A stretch of DNA of 64,000 nucleotides. It comes from Scyliorhinus canicula (Eukaryota). Both the position numbers and the translations under genes were made by a program. Below are positions 49,720-63,000 of the stretch, piece after piece (within the stretch, counting starts at the first letter, position 1; every line of letters begins with the position of its first letter). The stretch spans positions 153,095,400 to 153,159,399 of the forward strand of contig NC_052158.1 in assembly GCF_902713615.1 (NCBI RefSeq), read 5' to 3'. The notes under the pieces were generated by a model. The model had not been told where the DNA came from, ran no database searches, and saw only the letters and a program-made list of their open reading frames with translations.

Positions 49720-51802
49720 TGGATTGGATTGGATTGGATTGGATTTGTTTATTGTCACGTGTACCAAGGTACAGTGAAAAGTATTTTTCTGCAAGCAGCT
49801 CAACAGATCATTCAGTACATGGGAAGAAAAGGGAATTGAACAGAATTCAAGAAAATACATGAGAATACATAATAGGGCAACACAAGATATACAATGTAAT
49901 TACATAAGCATTGGCATCGGATGAAGCAGACAGGGTGTAGTGTTAATGAGGACAGTCCATAAAAGGGTCATTTAGGAGTCTGGTGACAGTGGGGAAGAAG
50001 CTGTTTTTGAGTCTGTTCGTCCGTGTTCTCAGACTTCTGAATCTCCTGCCCGATGGAAGAAGTTGGAAAAGTGAGTAAGCCGGGTGGGAGGGATCCTTGA
50101 TTATGCTGCCTGCTTTCCCCCGGCAGCGGGAGGTGTAGATGGAATCAATGGATGGGAGGCAGGTTCGTGTGATGGACTGGGCGGTATTCACGACTCTCTG
50201 AAGTTCCTTGCGGTCCTGGGCCGAGCAGTTGCCATACCAGGCTGTGATGCAGCCCGAGAGGATGCTCTCTATAGTGCATCTGTAAAAGTTGGTAAGGGTT
50301 AATGTGTACATGCCAAATTTCCTTAGTTTCCTGAGGAAGTAAAGGCGCTATTGTGCTTTCTTGGTGATAGCGTCTACATGAGTGGACCAGGATAGATTTT
50401 TGGTGATGTGCACCCCTAGGAATTTGAAACTGCTCACCATCTCTACCTCGGCTCCGTTGATGCTGACAGGGGTGTGTACAGTACTATGCTTCCTGAAGTC
50501 GATGACCAGCTCTTTAGTTTTGCTGGCATTAAGGGAGAGATTGTTGTCGTTGCACCACTCCACTAAGTTCTCTATCTCCCTCCTGTATTCAGACTCGTCG
50601 TTGTTCGAGATCCGGCCCACTATGGTCGTATCATCAGCAAACTTGTAGATGGAGTTGGAACCAAGTTTTGCCATGCAGTCGTGTGTGTACAGGGAGTAGA
50701 GTAGGGGGCTAAGTACGCAGCCTTGCGGGGCACCAGTGTTGAGGACTATTGTGGAGGAGGTGTTGGTGTTCATTCTTACTGACTGTGGTCTGTTGGTCAG
50801 AAAGTCAAGGATCCAGTTGCAGAGTGGAGAGCCAAGTCCTAGGTTTTGGAGCTTTGATATGAGCTTGGCTGGGATTATGGTGTTGAAGGCGGAGCTGTAG
50901 TCAATAAATAAGAGTCTGATGTAGGAGTCCTGGTTTTCGAGATGCTCTAGGGATGAGTGTAGGGCCAGGGAAATGGCGTCTGATGTGGACCGGTTGCGAC
51001 GGTATGCGAATTGAAGTGGGTCAAGGTGTTCCGGGAGTATGGAGGTGATGCGCTTCATGATCAGCCTCTCAAAGCACTTCATTACAACTGACGTCAGGGC
51101 CACCGGGCGGTAGTCATTGAGGCACGTTGCCTGGTTCTTCTTTGGTACCGGTATGATGGTGGTCTTCTTGAAGCAGGTGGGGACCTCGGAGTGGAGTAGG
51201 GATAGGTTAAAGATGTCTGTGAAAACCTCTGCCAGCTGGTCCGCGCAGGTTCTGAGTGCACGACCAGGGATCCCGTCCGGGCCCATCGCATTCCGTGGTT
51301 CACTTTCAGGAAGGCCGATCTGACTTCGGAAACTGTGATGGTGGGTATGGGTGAATTATGGGTTGCTGGGGCACTCGATAGCGGGTTGTTGGTTACCTGC
51401 TCAAACCGAGCATAGAATGCGTTAAGTTCATCGGGGAGGGGTGCACTGTTGCCAGAGATACTGCTCGGCTTCGCTTTGTAGCCCGTTATGTTGCTTAGTC
51501 CTTGCCACAACCGCCGAGAGTCTGTCTGTGACTCTAGCTTAGTTTGATATTCTCTCTTGGCATCTCGGATGGCTTTGCGGAGGTCGTACCTGGATTTCTT
51601 GTATAGGACAGGGTCATCTGCCTTGAATGCCTCAGATCTGTCCTTCAGTAGGGAGTCAATCTCGCGGTTGAGCCATGGTTTGCGGTTGGGGAACATACGT
51701 ACTGCTTTCTTTGGCACGCAGTCGTCCACACATTTGCTGATGAAGTCTGTGACGGTGGTGACATACTCATTTAAGTTAGTCGCTGAGTTCTTAAATATGG
51801 AC
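49720..51802 (-). mobile_element. Rex1/Babar-clade LINE, 5'-truncated, RT domain
   Basis: [60 protein letters not shown]; (atcca)n 3' tail; few lesions. Confidence 0.9.
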
Positions 51803-52227
51803 ATGTCAAAATTCAAGGTTAACATATTTGTTTAATTGGTGACGAAATTGCAACATGAAATATTTGATGCGATAGTCAAAATATTATTGATTTCAACCTG
51901 TGTAACCTATAGCATGTGGGATTACAGTAAATGTTCATGTATCCATGTATGACCAAACCTTCATGCGTCGCTTGAGAAAGGTGACAGTAATATCTCTTTC
52001 AAAGAAAAAGTAAACTAGTGGACGTTATTTCACTTTGTATGCTCTTAGGATGCATGTTTCAGAAGTTACAAATATTATTGTGTTACTTATGTTCTGCAAT
52101 ATCTCATTGAATTATTAGAACAATTTTATATATTTTGCAGTTACCTGTCAAACTTCAACTTGATGCCAACAATGTTATTTGTGATTGTCCATGTACTGCA
52201 GGAGAACCCGCAGTGCTGCTAAAGAAA

Positions 52228-52410
52228 AGGGGCTGCTTAGCACAGGGCTGAATCGCTGGCTTTGAAAGCAGACCAAGGCAGGCCAGCAGCATGGTTCAAT
52301 TCCTGTACCAGCCTCACCGAACAGGTGCCAGAATGTGGCGACTCGGGGATTTTCACAGTAACTTCATTTGAAGCCTACTTGTGACAATAAGCAAATTTCA
52401 TTTTATTTCA
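52228..52410 (+). mobile_element. Short tRNA-derived SINE
   Basis: 934-1160 family. Confidence 0.8.
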
Positions 52411-55127
52411 GAAGGGAGTTCTAGGATTTTGAGCCAATGGCAGTAAAGGAACATCGATGTAGTTTCAAGTCAGACTCTTGCGTGACTTGGAGTGGAACTC
52501 TTGTTGATGTTCCCATACATTTGCTACCCTTGCCTTCCTAGATGGTAAAGGATCCGCCTTGGAAGGTAGTGTCACTGAGACTTGTTGAGTTCATGCAGTG
52601 CCGTTTGTAGATGATACATAGATTTTGATAGAATTTCCAGTGCAGAAGGAGGCCATTCGGCCGATCGGAAAGAGCTTAGGCCCACACCTCCACCTTGTCC
52701 CCATAACCCACCTAACATTTTGGATACTAAGGGGAAAGTTAGCATAGCCAATCCACTTTACCTGCACATCACCCACGCAAACACAGGGAGGAAGTGCAAA
52801 CCCCACACAGTCAACCAAAGCCGGAATTGAACCAGGGCTGTAATGCATCAGTGCTAACCACTCTGCACCGTGCCGCCCACACTGCTGCTGACTGCCACAC
52901 TGGTTTAATAGCCACTGTAGTAGAGTGGTTAAAATGTTTGACATGCCCCGACGGATTCTTGCTTATATTATTGTAGCGACAGGTGGTCAGATGAACCTGT
53001 TTAACAAGTTTCAATATATAGAAGCGCTTCCACACAAAGTGTGTCGATTTGTAATAATTGGAGGATGATCATGCAGAATTTTTCATTTAAATCATCTGAA
53101 AGTATTAACCCTTTAAGTCCAAGGAAAGAAACTACTGAAAACGCACGGGACGATAATACATCACGGAATCAGCAAGGTTATGTGTTAGATTGGTGGTACG
53201 GTTTTTAAAAACTTTTGTCCAGCAGTTTTCCACAGAAAAACTAGACAAAGCTTCGTCATTGCGATGGATTTGAAGTAATGGTTAATGAATGAATTCTCTG
53301 AATCGTATTTACATGTGCAGTAAACATAGTGCCCAGAATGACATCCCTATCCTCAGATCCGACAAATAATGTTTTTCTCGACATTTACACATGTTTAAAA
53401 TTTATTCATGGGATGTGGGTGTGTTGGCTGGGCGAGCATCCTTAATTTCCCTGAGGAAGGAGCTGCGCTCCGAAAGCTCGTGTTTGAATCAAACCTGTTG
53501 GACTTTAACCTGGTGTTGTAAGACTTCTTACTGTGCTCACACCAGTCCAACGCCGGCATCTCCACATCATAATTTCCCTTGAACTGGGTGGTTGGTTGGG
53601 GCATCTCAGAGGGCATTTCAGAGTGAACCACGTCTTTGTAGGACTGTAGTCACGGGTAGGACAGTCCAGGTAAAGAGGGCCGATTTCCTTCCCTAAAGGG
53701 GCGTTAGTGAACCAGATGCTTTTTATATGACTGTCCACAATGCTTCGTCCTGATCATTAGGCTTCATTTGGATACAAATTTCATTATCTGACATAGAGTC
53801 CCCAGAGCGGGCCTCTGGGTGACGAGATCTAATGACAATGCCACTATTGGCGCTCCTCTGCACAGCAACCAGCATCAGAAAAAAACAACCCAGAAACGAT
53901 TCACCAGACCCACTGGCTCGGTGAATAATATGAGACTAAATTGATGGCTAATATATTTATAACTGAATGTTTACACCCCAGCCGTGTAAACAATTCCCGA
54001 AGAAACACCGAGCTTGAGATTGCAAAATAACCTCAATCCTGCCAATGATGAACATCGCACAAAACATTTGGATCAGCCTATCTCACGTGTTACCTGGAGC
54101 AACTGAAATTAATTCCCAGGCAAATGGGAAGTCAAAAAAACTCACCTTTCCGCAATTGACAGGTTAAAGTTTTGCACTGAAATAGTCACGCGCTTCATAT
54201 CAGCAGCAACAGGAAGCTAAGGTGTGATCTTGCGGCATTGGCTTGAGTACAAAAATATCTAATGCTCATATTTATCCGCCTTGAATTTTATCTCAGCTCT
54301 CTTGCACACACTGGTTCGCAATCCCGTGCGAAACATGATCTATTGGTCTGATCCGCTATTTTAGAATTTCCTGGTGGGGAAAGGTTCCGTCGTTTCTGTT
54401 TCTGGGAGTGAAATACTTGATCAGGACCCAGCGTGAGTACAGCAGATTTAAATTGTGCCATAATCACTTCACACTAATCTCAATTGGCTGGCTGGAAGCA
54501 AAGATAAAAGGATAATTTCTTACAGGGCATTGTGGCATTCCAGTTGGAATGCACCTCCCCCCCTTGTTCTGTCTGCTCTGCAACAGGCAATTAAGGGAGA
54601 AGAGGTGCATTCAACGACGCAGCGCACATCCCTCCATCTGTCCATCACTGACCTGCCACCAGATGTTGAAACGTTGTGGCTCTACCTACATCTTAGTTAG
54701 AAACAGTGCTGGTCTCTGAATCGATGTTCAGTAGCGAGTGGATAGATGACAGCCTCAGTGGTACCTATATTGTTTGTAGACCCTGATACAGAAGGACCTG
54801 GTTCACTCAGTTATACCTCACTCTGCGCATTTGCGAAAGTTGTCATCAGCTTTTCACGTTAACGAGGGCAGGTGCTGAAATTTTCACCACAAAATGTAGA
54901 ATATTAAAAATAGAACTGGACCACTCAGGGGTAAAATGAGTGACAATTTTGACAGGCATTGTCGCGGAAAGTTAGAATAATTCCCCCCTAATGAACCGTT
55001 TCCTACTTCAGCAGGAGGTTGCAATGTAAAATTTGATAGATTTTTGTTACATTGGAGTAAGTAAGCATATGGAGTACAGATGGGAAGAGCTACAAAATGA
55101 ACCATAATCCAATGGGATGGTATATAA

Positions 55128-55710
55128 AACCGCTTATTGTCACAAGTAGTCTTCACAAGTAGGGGCTGGTTTAGCTCACTTAGCTAAATCGCTGGCTTTT
55201 GAAGCAGACCAAGCAGGCCAGCAGCACAGTTCAATTCCCGTACCAGCCTCCCCAGACAGGCGCCGGAATATGTCGACTAGGGGCTTGTCACAGTAACTTA
55301 ATTGAAGTGACATTAAGTGATTTTCATTTTTCAATGAAGTTAGTGAGAAAATCCCCAAGTCGCCACATTCCAGCGCCTGTTCAGGGAGGCCAGTACGGGA
55401 ATTGAACCCACCTTGTTCTGCATTACAATCCAGCTGTCTAAGACCACTGTGCTAATTCCCGGCTTGGGTCACAGTCTGTGCGGAGTCTGCATGTTCTCCC
55501 CGTGTCTGCGTGGATTTCCACCGGGTGCTCCAGTTTCCTCCCACAAAGTCGCATGTGTTTTTGGACTGTGGGAGGAAACCGGAGCACCCGGAGGAAACCC
55601 ACAGGAACACAGATACAACGTGCAAACTCCTCACAGGCAGTGATCGAAGCCAGGAATCGAACCTGGGACCCTAGCGCTGTGAAGCAACAGTGCTAACCAC
55701 TGTGCTACCG
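55128..55710. mobile_element. Nested SINE cluster (short SINE on + inside a short SINE on -, then opposed V-SINE pieces)
   Basis: heads, tails and V-domains on both strands. Confidence 0.75.
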
Positions 55711-58700
55711 GGATGGACAATAATAATATTGATCTAGCAATACCTCCATTGAAAGAATAAAAAACAGCATATGCCCTGAGCACATGAAATAGACTCCAAG
55801 AAAAATTCTCAATGAAAACAACCAAAGAAATATATTTCAGCAATTGTGAGGTTAAATTAAAATCTTGCATTGATCAAAGCCTCGTGTATTTTTTTAGCCT
55901 GGACTGGTTGACACTGAAACTGTTCATGAGGAAGTGGCGGAGGCTGTTAATACAATTTCATGTGCGAAGCGATCCTTTTAAACCACATAGTGTATATGGA
56001 AATAACAGACTGTTCTGTGCTGCGTGACCAAAACAGTTTGAATTGTGACCCAAACCTGGTGAGTTGCTGAACGTATAAATAGTGCCCCAACCTCACAATA
56101 ACCTCCAAATTCTCAAACCTGTCCTACTCGATGGAAATTCCATTCACCTTTACTTTTCCCAGGTTGTTTCTCTGAGGCAACTGGATTTTACATCTGCTCA
56201 AAGAAACGTTCCGTATAATTTCGCATCAAGATTAAATGCGGCTTATAACGTGCGTTTTAAAGATCTCGAACGGAAAGACAAGTTTCAGTTGATGGCAGGA
56301 AGAAATGAAAGCGAATTCTGTTCATCAGGATGGACGGGAGAGTGGGTAACCTCGCCGCACTAATTCCTTAATTTCGGATGCTGGAAACCTGAAAAAAATC
56401 ATCGACAATGCTGAAAACACTCAGTAGATTCGGCAGAGCCTGTGAATTTCAGGTCGCTACATTTGATAGAACACTGATGAAAATTCTGATGAAATGTCAC
56501 GGCTGAAGCGTTACCTCTGCTCCATAATTTGAACAGTAAGAAGTTTCACAACACCAGGTTAAAGTCCAACAGGTTTATTGAAAGCACACAATTGTGTCTC
56601 TCCTCTATGTGCTGTGATTGTAAACCTGCCTCCACTTCACCTGGTGAAGGAGCGCTGTGATTTCAGGCAAACCTGTTGGGCTTTAACCTGGTGTTGTGAA
56701 ACTTCTTACTGTGCCCACCCCAGTTCAGCACCAGCATCTCCACATCATGCCTGCAATAATTTGAAAGTTTACATTTGCTTCAGTTCACAAACCTGTAGTG
56801 ATACTGGGGTACGATGTGATGGGGCAACATTCCCTTTCGCACTGAAGCTGTGAGTGTGACTTGAAATTTTTTTCTAATTGGACATTCCTTGTCTCGAAGA
56901 TGGCCACTTGTTTTGTGCTAACTCCTGCTAGGATGCACTGTTCCATTCCACTGGCCCTTTATCCCGTCCTTTTCCAGACAATCCTGTTTTCTGGGGTTAT
57001 CCAAATGCAACGAGAATGCGGTGCTGACGTTTCATCACAATGTGAAGGGGAGTCACCGCTCAGGACCATTCCCTCTCTCATTCCGGTGACACTCAGGCCA
57101 ACACGCACACACAGGATTTCACTCTCTGCATTGAACCAGGTAGAGGAGATTTTGTTGACTAAAATAGACAATGAGATAGACTTTGACTTTAAGAGTTTGT
57201 GTAAGATTTCCCATAAATGTGTGGGCAGCGCGGTAGCATGGTGGTTAGCATAAATGCTACACAGCTCCAGGGTCCCAGGTTCGATTCCCGGCTGGGTCAC
57301 TGTCTGTGTGAAGTCTGCACGTCCTCCCCGTGTGTGCGTGGGTTTCCTCCGGGTGCTCCGGTTTCCTCCCACAGTCCAAAGATGTGCGGGTTAGGTGGAT
57401 TGGCCATGCTAAATTGCCCGCAGTGTCCTAATAGTAAGGTTAAGGGGGGGAGTTGTTGGGTTACGGGTATAGGGTGGATACGTGGGTTTGAGTAGGGTGA
57501 TCATTGCTTGGCACAACATCGAGGGCCGAAGGGCCTGTTCTGTGCTGTACTGTTCTATAACAGCCTCCCTGAACAGGCGCCGGTATGTGGCAACTAAGGG
57601 CTTTTCACAGTAACTTAATTTGAAGCCTACTCGTGACAATAAGCGATTTTCATTTTCATTTTCATTTTTCAAGAAGTGTACCAAATGAAGTCAAGAAACA
57701 TAAATTGGGTGTGAAATGAAAAACGTTTTTCTCACCTGTTGTCCTTCCTTTTATATTTGTCGAACAAATTTAAACTACAGCCAATGCCAGGCCGAATGTT
57801 TGGAGGCACTTCCCACTCACAGCAAACAGAGCAGAAAACAGTTGGGTCACTGGCTGGAGTTTTATCACAGAATCGTTTTAGTATTGTAACTGCTGCATTT
57901 AAAATGACGTGTGTGCATTGCTGCAGACGCTGCAGACGGAAGCACATCAATGTCTAAATAAAACAGTAAGAAGCCTTACAACACCAGGTTAAAGTCCAAC
58001 ATGTTTGTTTCAAACACAACTTTGGGAGCACAGATCCTTCCTCAGGTAAATAAAACAACAACGTTTGCCAAAGGCTTGTTTCTGAGCAGGGTGAATATAA
58101 TTCTTGTGCGGTGCTAACAGAGCGCTGCACCTAGAGGAGGTGAGCTCTTAAGATGCTGCGTATGCTCCATTACCCCGATTTCAAGTAGAGTCAGGCAAAT
58201 CCTCCAACAATTTGTGACCAGTATTTACCCCTAAAACAGCATGACCAAAAGAGATCAAGGAGGGAAGGAAATAAGCATAATTACTGTCACCAAAAAGAAG
58301 GACTGGACGAACTAATGGGATTAAAGGCCGATAGTTGATGGGTTGTATCCCAGGATATTAGAGGAAGCAGCTGCAGAGATATTGGGTGCTGGTAGTAACC
58401 TTCCAAGAATCCATAAATTCTGGAAATGCCCCGTAGGATTGGAAAACTGACAATATTTACAAATGGAAGGAGATGAAACAGGGAACAGTAGCCCAGTTGG
58501 CTTAACATCTGTCATTGGTATAATTGGTATAAGTCCATTATAAAGATTGTAATAGCAGAGCATTTACAAATACATCAAATATTCAAGCAGTCAGTTTGGT
58601 TTCATGGAGAGATAAGGTATTATAATTATTTGAGGCGGGAACAAGCAGAATATGGAAAGGGAACTAGTACGTGTACCTGAATTTCCAAATGCATTTGATA

Positions 58701-58752
58701 AGATATCGCACAAAAGGCTAATGAATGGATGGCACAGTGGCGCAGTGGTTAG
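55568..58752. repeat. Right arm of about 3-kb inverted duplication
   Basis: reverse complement of 43878-46855; ORF 56861+ mirrors ORF 45226-; arm-specific SINEs at 57222-57670. Confidence 0.9.
57222..57558 (+). mobile_element. Young HE1-like V-SINE with CR1-type tail
   Basis: same family as 42895-43248; absent from left arm. Confidence 0.88.
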
Positions 58753-59587
58753 CACTGCTGCCACATGGTACCGAGGACCTGGGTCCGATACCGGCCGCGG
58801 GTCACTGTTGGAGTGGAGTTTGCACATTCTCCCCATAACTACATGGGTCTCACCCACACAACCCAAGGATGTGCAGGGTAGTTGGATTCGCCATGTTAAA
58901 ATTGTCTGTTAATTGGAAAAAAACATAATTGGGTACTCTAAATTTATTTTTAAAAGGCTATTTTTAAAAAGGCTATTCGGGGAGGCCCATTCCGGCCACC
59001 CTGAACAGGCACCGGAATTTGGTGACTCGGGGCTTTTCACAGTTACTTCATTGAAGCCTACTTGTGACAATAAGCGATTATTATTATAATATTATTATTA
59101 TGATTAATAATGTATGAGCTAATGGTGTTGGGGGTTGTACAGTACTATGGATAGAGAAATTCCTAACTGATAGAACACAGGGAGTTGGGATCAGAGGGTA
59201 ATTTTCAGCAGGTAGTCTGTAACTCAAGGAGTGCTGGAGCCAGAATTATTAACCAGAGATGTCATAACTTGGACGAGGGAAGTGAATGTACTATTTGCCA
59301 TGGGGATGAGAAAAATATCCGCCATGATTGAATGGTGGAGCAGAGTCGATTGGCCAAGTGGCCGAATTCTGCTCCTTTGCCTTATGGTCTTATGGAATAT
59401 TGGTCGTTATTTCAAAGGGTATGGACGATAAAAGTAGGGATGTCTTGCTAAAACTCTACAAAGCAGATCGCACCTGGAACATTATGAACAGTTTTGGTCC
59501 CTGTATCTAAGGAAAGATATATTGGTATTGCGCAAATTCCAGAGAAAGATTACTTAGTTCATCGCGGATATGGAGGGATTTCTTTTC

Positions 59588-59812
59588 TTTTAAAAAAATT
59601 TATAGTACCCAATTCATTTTTTCCAATTAAGGGGCAATTTAATGTGGCCAATCCACCTCGCCTGCACATTTTTGGCTTGTGGGGGTGAAACCCATGCCAA
59701 CACGGGGAGAATGTGTAAACTCCACACAGACAGTGACCCTGAGCCGGGAGCGCACCTGGGACCTTGGCGCCGCGAGGCAGCAGTGCTAACCCACAGCAAC
59801 ACCATGTTGCCA
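59588..59812 (-). mobile_element. HE1-like V-SINE
   Basis: V-domain and aattgggtac...aaa-type tail as at 31377-31605. Confidence 0.75.
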
Positions 59813-60051
59813 CATGGACAGATTTCTGTGTGAAGAGTGGTTGAGGAGGTTGGCATGTAGAACATAGAACATAGAACGATACAGCACAGTACAGGCCCTC
59901 CGGCCCTCGATGTTGCACCGACATGGAAAAAAACTAAAGGCCATCTAACCTACACTATGCCCTTATCATCCATATGCTTATCCAATAAACTTTAAAATGC
60001 CCTCAATGTTGGCGAGTTCACTACTGTTGCAGGTAGGGCATTCCACGGCCT

Positions 60052-63000
60052 CACTTTTCCAGGAGACTCATCCGGAGTGAGACTTATCCAGAGTGGGGGA
60101 TTGAAACTTGGCAATTTGGTGCAGTGAGGTAAATCAGCAAAGGTAAGTGGAAAATCTAATTCTGCTGTTTTTCAGTTAAAAGTGCAGTGTGGAGCTTAGT
60201 GTCTGATTGGTTGAAGCTGCCCCCACCCTAATTGCTGAGAGGCAGTCATCTGTCAATCACCTGAGGCCTGTTTAGGGGCACATTGTATTCTTCTCTTTGA
60301 AGTTAAGGTATTTTTTGAGTCATCGGTTAGCTGAGGTCTGTATAAAAGACAGACAGACAGTGCACACAGTAAACTAGCACTTTTCCAGGAGACACATCCG
60401 GAGTGAGACTAATCCAGAGTGGGGATTGAAACTTGGCAATTTGGTGCAGTGAGGTAATTCGGTGCAGAGTGTGAGGAGGTGCTTTTCAACCCTGGTAAGT
60501 GACTGGTAAGTAGTCTCTCTTTTTCTTTTCATTGTCTAATTTATTTATTTTTATTTTGAAATTCTAGTTGTTTAAGTTTACCAAGGGTTTAAGACATGGC
60601 AGGAGATCCCAGACCCATGTCATGCTCCTCGTGTGCGATGTGGGAGCTCAGGGACACATCCACTGTCCCTGGCTCCTTCACGTGCAAGAAGTGTGTTCAG
60701 TTGCAGCTCTTGTTAGACCACTTGACGGCTCTGGAGCTGCGGATGGACTCACTTTGGAGCATCCGCGATGCTGAGGAGGTCGTGGATAGCACGTTTAGCG
60801 AGTTGGTCACACCGCAGGTGAAGGTTACTGAGGGAGATAGAAAATGGGTGACCAAAAGAAAGAGCAAGAGTAGGAAGGCAGTGCAGGTGTCCCCTGCGGT
60901 CATCTCCCTGAAAAACAGATATACCGCTTTGGATACTGTTGAGGGAGATGGCTCACCAGGGGAAGGCAGCAGCAGCCAGGTTCATGGCACCGTGGCTGGC
61001 TCTGCTGCACAGCAGGGCAGGAAGAATAATGGCAGGGCTATAGTGATAGGGGACTCGATCGTAAGGGGAATAGACAGGCGGTTCTGTGGACGCAATCGAG
61101 ACTCCAGGATGGTATGTTGCCTCCCTGGTGCAAGGGTCAAGGATGTCTCGGAGAGGCTGCAGGACATTCTGGGGTGGGGGGGGGGGGGGGGTGAACAGCC
61201 AGCTGTCGTGGTGCACATAGGCACCAACGATATAGGTAAAAAAACGGGATGAGGTCCTACAAGCGGAATTCAGGGAGTTAGGAGTTAAACTAAAAAGTAG
61301 GACCTCAAAGGTAGTAATCTCAGGATTGCTACCAGTGCCACGAGCTAGTCAGAGTAGGAATGTCAGCATAGATAGGATGAATGCGTGGCTCGAGAGATGG
61401 TGCAAGAGGGAGGGATTCAAATTCCTGGGGCATTGGGACCGGTTCTGGGGGAGGTGGGACCAGTACAAACCGGACGGTCTGCACCTGGGCAGGACTGGAA
61501 CCGATGTACTAGGGGGGGGTGTTTTCTAGAGCTGTTGGGGAGGGTTTAAACTAATGTGGCAGGGGGATGGGAACCTATGCAGGAAGTTGGAAGGTAGTAA
61601 AACAGGGACAGAAGCAAAAGGAAGTAAGGGGAAAAGTGCAAGGCAGAGAAGACATAGTCAGAAATCTAAAAGGGCGACAGTACAAGGTACAGTGACTGAG
61701 GGGAGCACAGTGAATAGGCCCAGTAATAACAAAAGGAATAAAACTGGAGATGTTAAGATTCAAAACAGAGGTAAAAAAACCAAAATAAGTGTACTTTACC
61801 TGAATGCTCGTAGTATTCGGAATAAAGTAAATGAGTTGATGGCACAAATCATCGTAAATGACTATGATTTAGTGGCCATTACTGAAACATGGTTAAAGGA
61901 TGGTCACGACTGGGAGTTAAATATCCGAGGGTATTAAACTATTCGGAAGGACAGAGTGGATGGTAAGGGAGGTGGTGTTGCTCTGTTATTTAAGGATGAC
62001 ACCCGGGCAATAGTAAGGGATGACATCGGTGCTATGGAGGATAAGGTTGAATCCATTTGGGTGGAAATCAGGAATAGTAAGGCGAAAAAGTCACTGATAG
62101 GAGTAGTCTATAGGCCACCAAATAGTAATGTTATGGTGGGGCAGGCAATAAACAAAGAAATAACTGATGCATGTAGAAATGGTACAGCAGTTATCATGGG
62201 GGATTTTAATCTACATGTCGATTGGTTTAACCAGGTCGGTCAAGGCAACCTTGAGGAGGAGTTTATAGAATGTATCCGCGATAGTTTCCTAGAACAGTAT
62301 GTAATGGAACCTACGAGGGAACAAGCGGTCCTAGATCTTGTCCTGTGTAATGAGACAGGATTGATTCATTATCTCATAGTTAGGGATCCTCTCGGAAGGA
62401 GCGATCACAATATGGTGGAATTTAAAATACAGATGGAGGGTGAGAAAGTAAAATCAAATACTAGTGTTTTGTGTTTAAACAAAGGAGATTACAAGGGCAT
62501 GAGAGAAGAACTAGCTAAGGTAGACTGGGAGCTAAGACTTTATGGTGGAACAGTTGAGGAACAGTGGAGAACCTTCCAAGCGATTTTTCACAGTGCTCAG
62601 CAAAGGTTTATACCAACAAAAAGGAAGGACGGAAGAAAGAGGGAAAATCGACCGTGGATATCTAAGGAAATAAGGGAGAGTATCAAATTGAAGGAAAAAG
62701 CATATAAAGTGGCAAAGATTGCTGGGAGATTAGAGGACTGGGAAATCTTTAGGGGGCAACAGAAAGCTACTAAAAAAGCTATAAAGAAGAGTAAGATAGA
62801 GTATGAGAGTAAACTTGCTCAGAATATAAAAACAGACAGTAAAAGTTTTTACAAATATATAAGACAAAAAAGAGTGGCTAAGGTAAATATTGGTCCTTTA
62901 GAGGATGTGAAGGGAGTTTTAATAATGGGAGATGAGGAAATGGCTGTGGAACTGAACAGGTTTTTGTGTCGGTCCTCACAGTGGAAGACACAAATAACAT

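Noticed and set aside
54030-54440. Isolated splice-like sites and a hydrophobic stretch suggesting another V2R exon 1 on the minus strand
   Set aside because: Stops in the putative signal peptide and wrong spacing to any GDxxxGG motif
43878-58752. Inverted arms as TIRs of a giant DNA transposon (e.g. Polinton)
   Set aside because: Arms are mosaics of old retroposons, no transposase/polymerase ORFs in the spacer, no TSD seen
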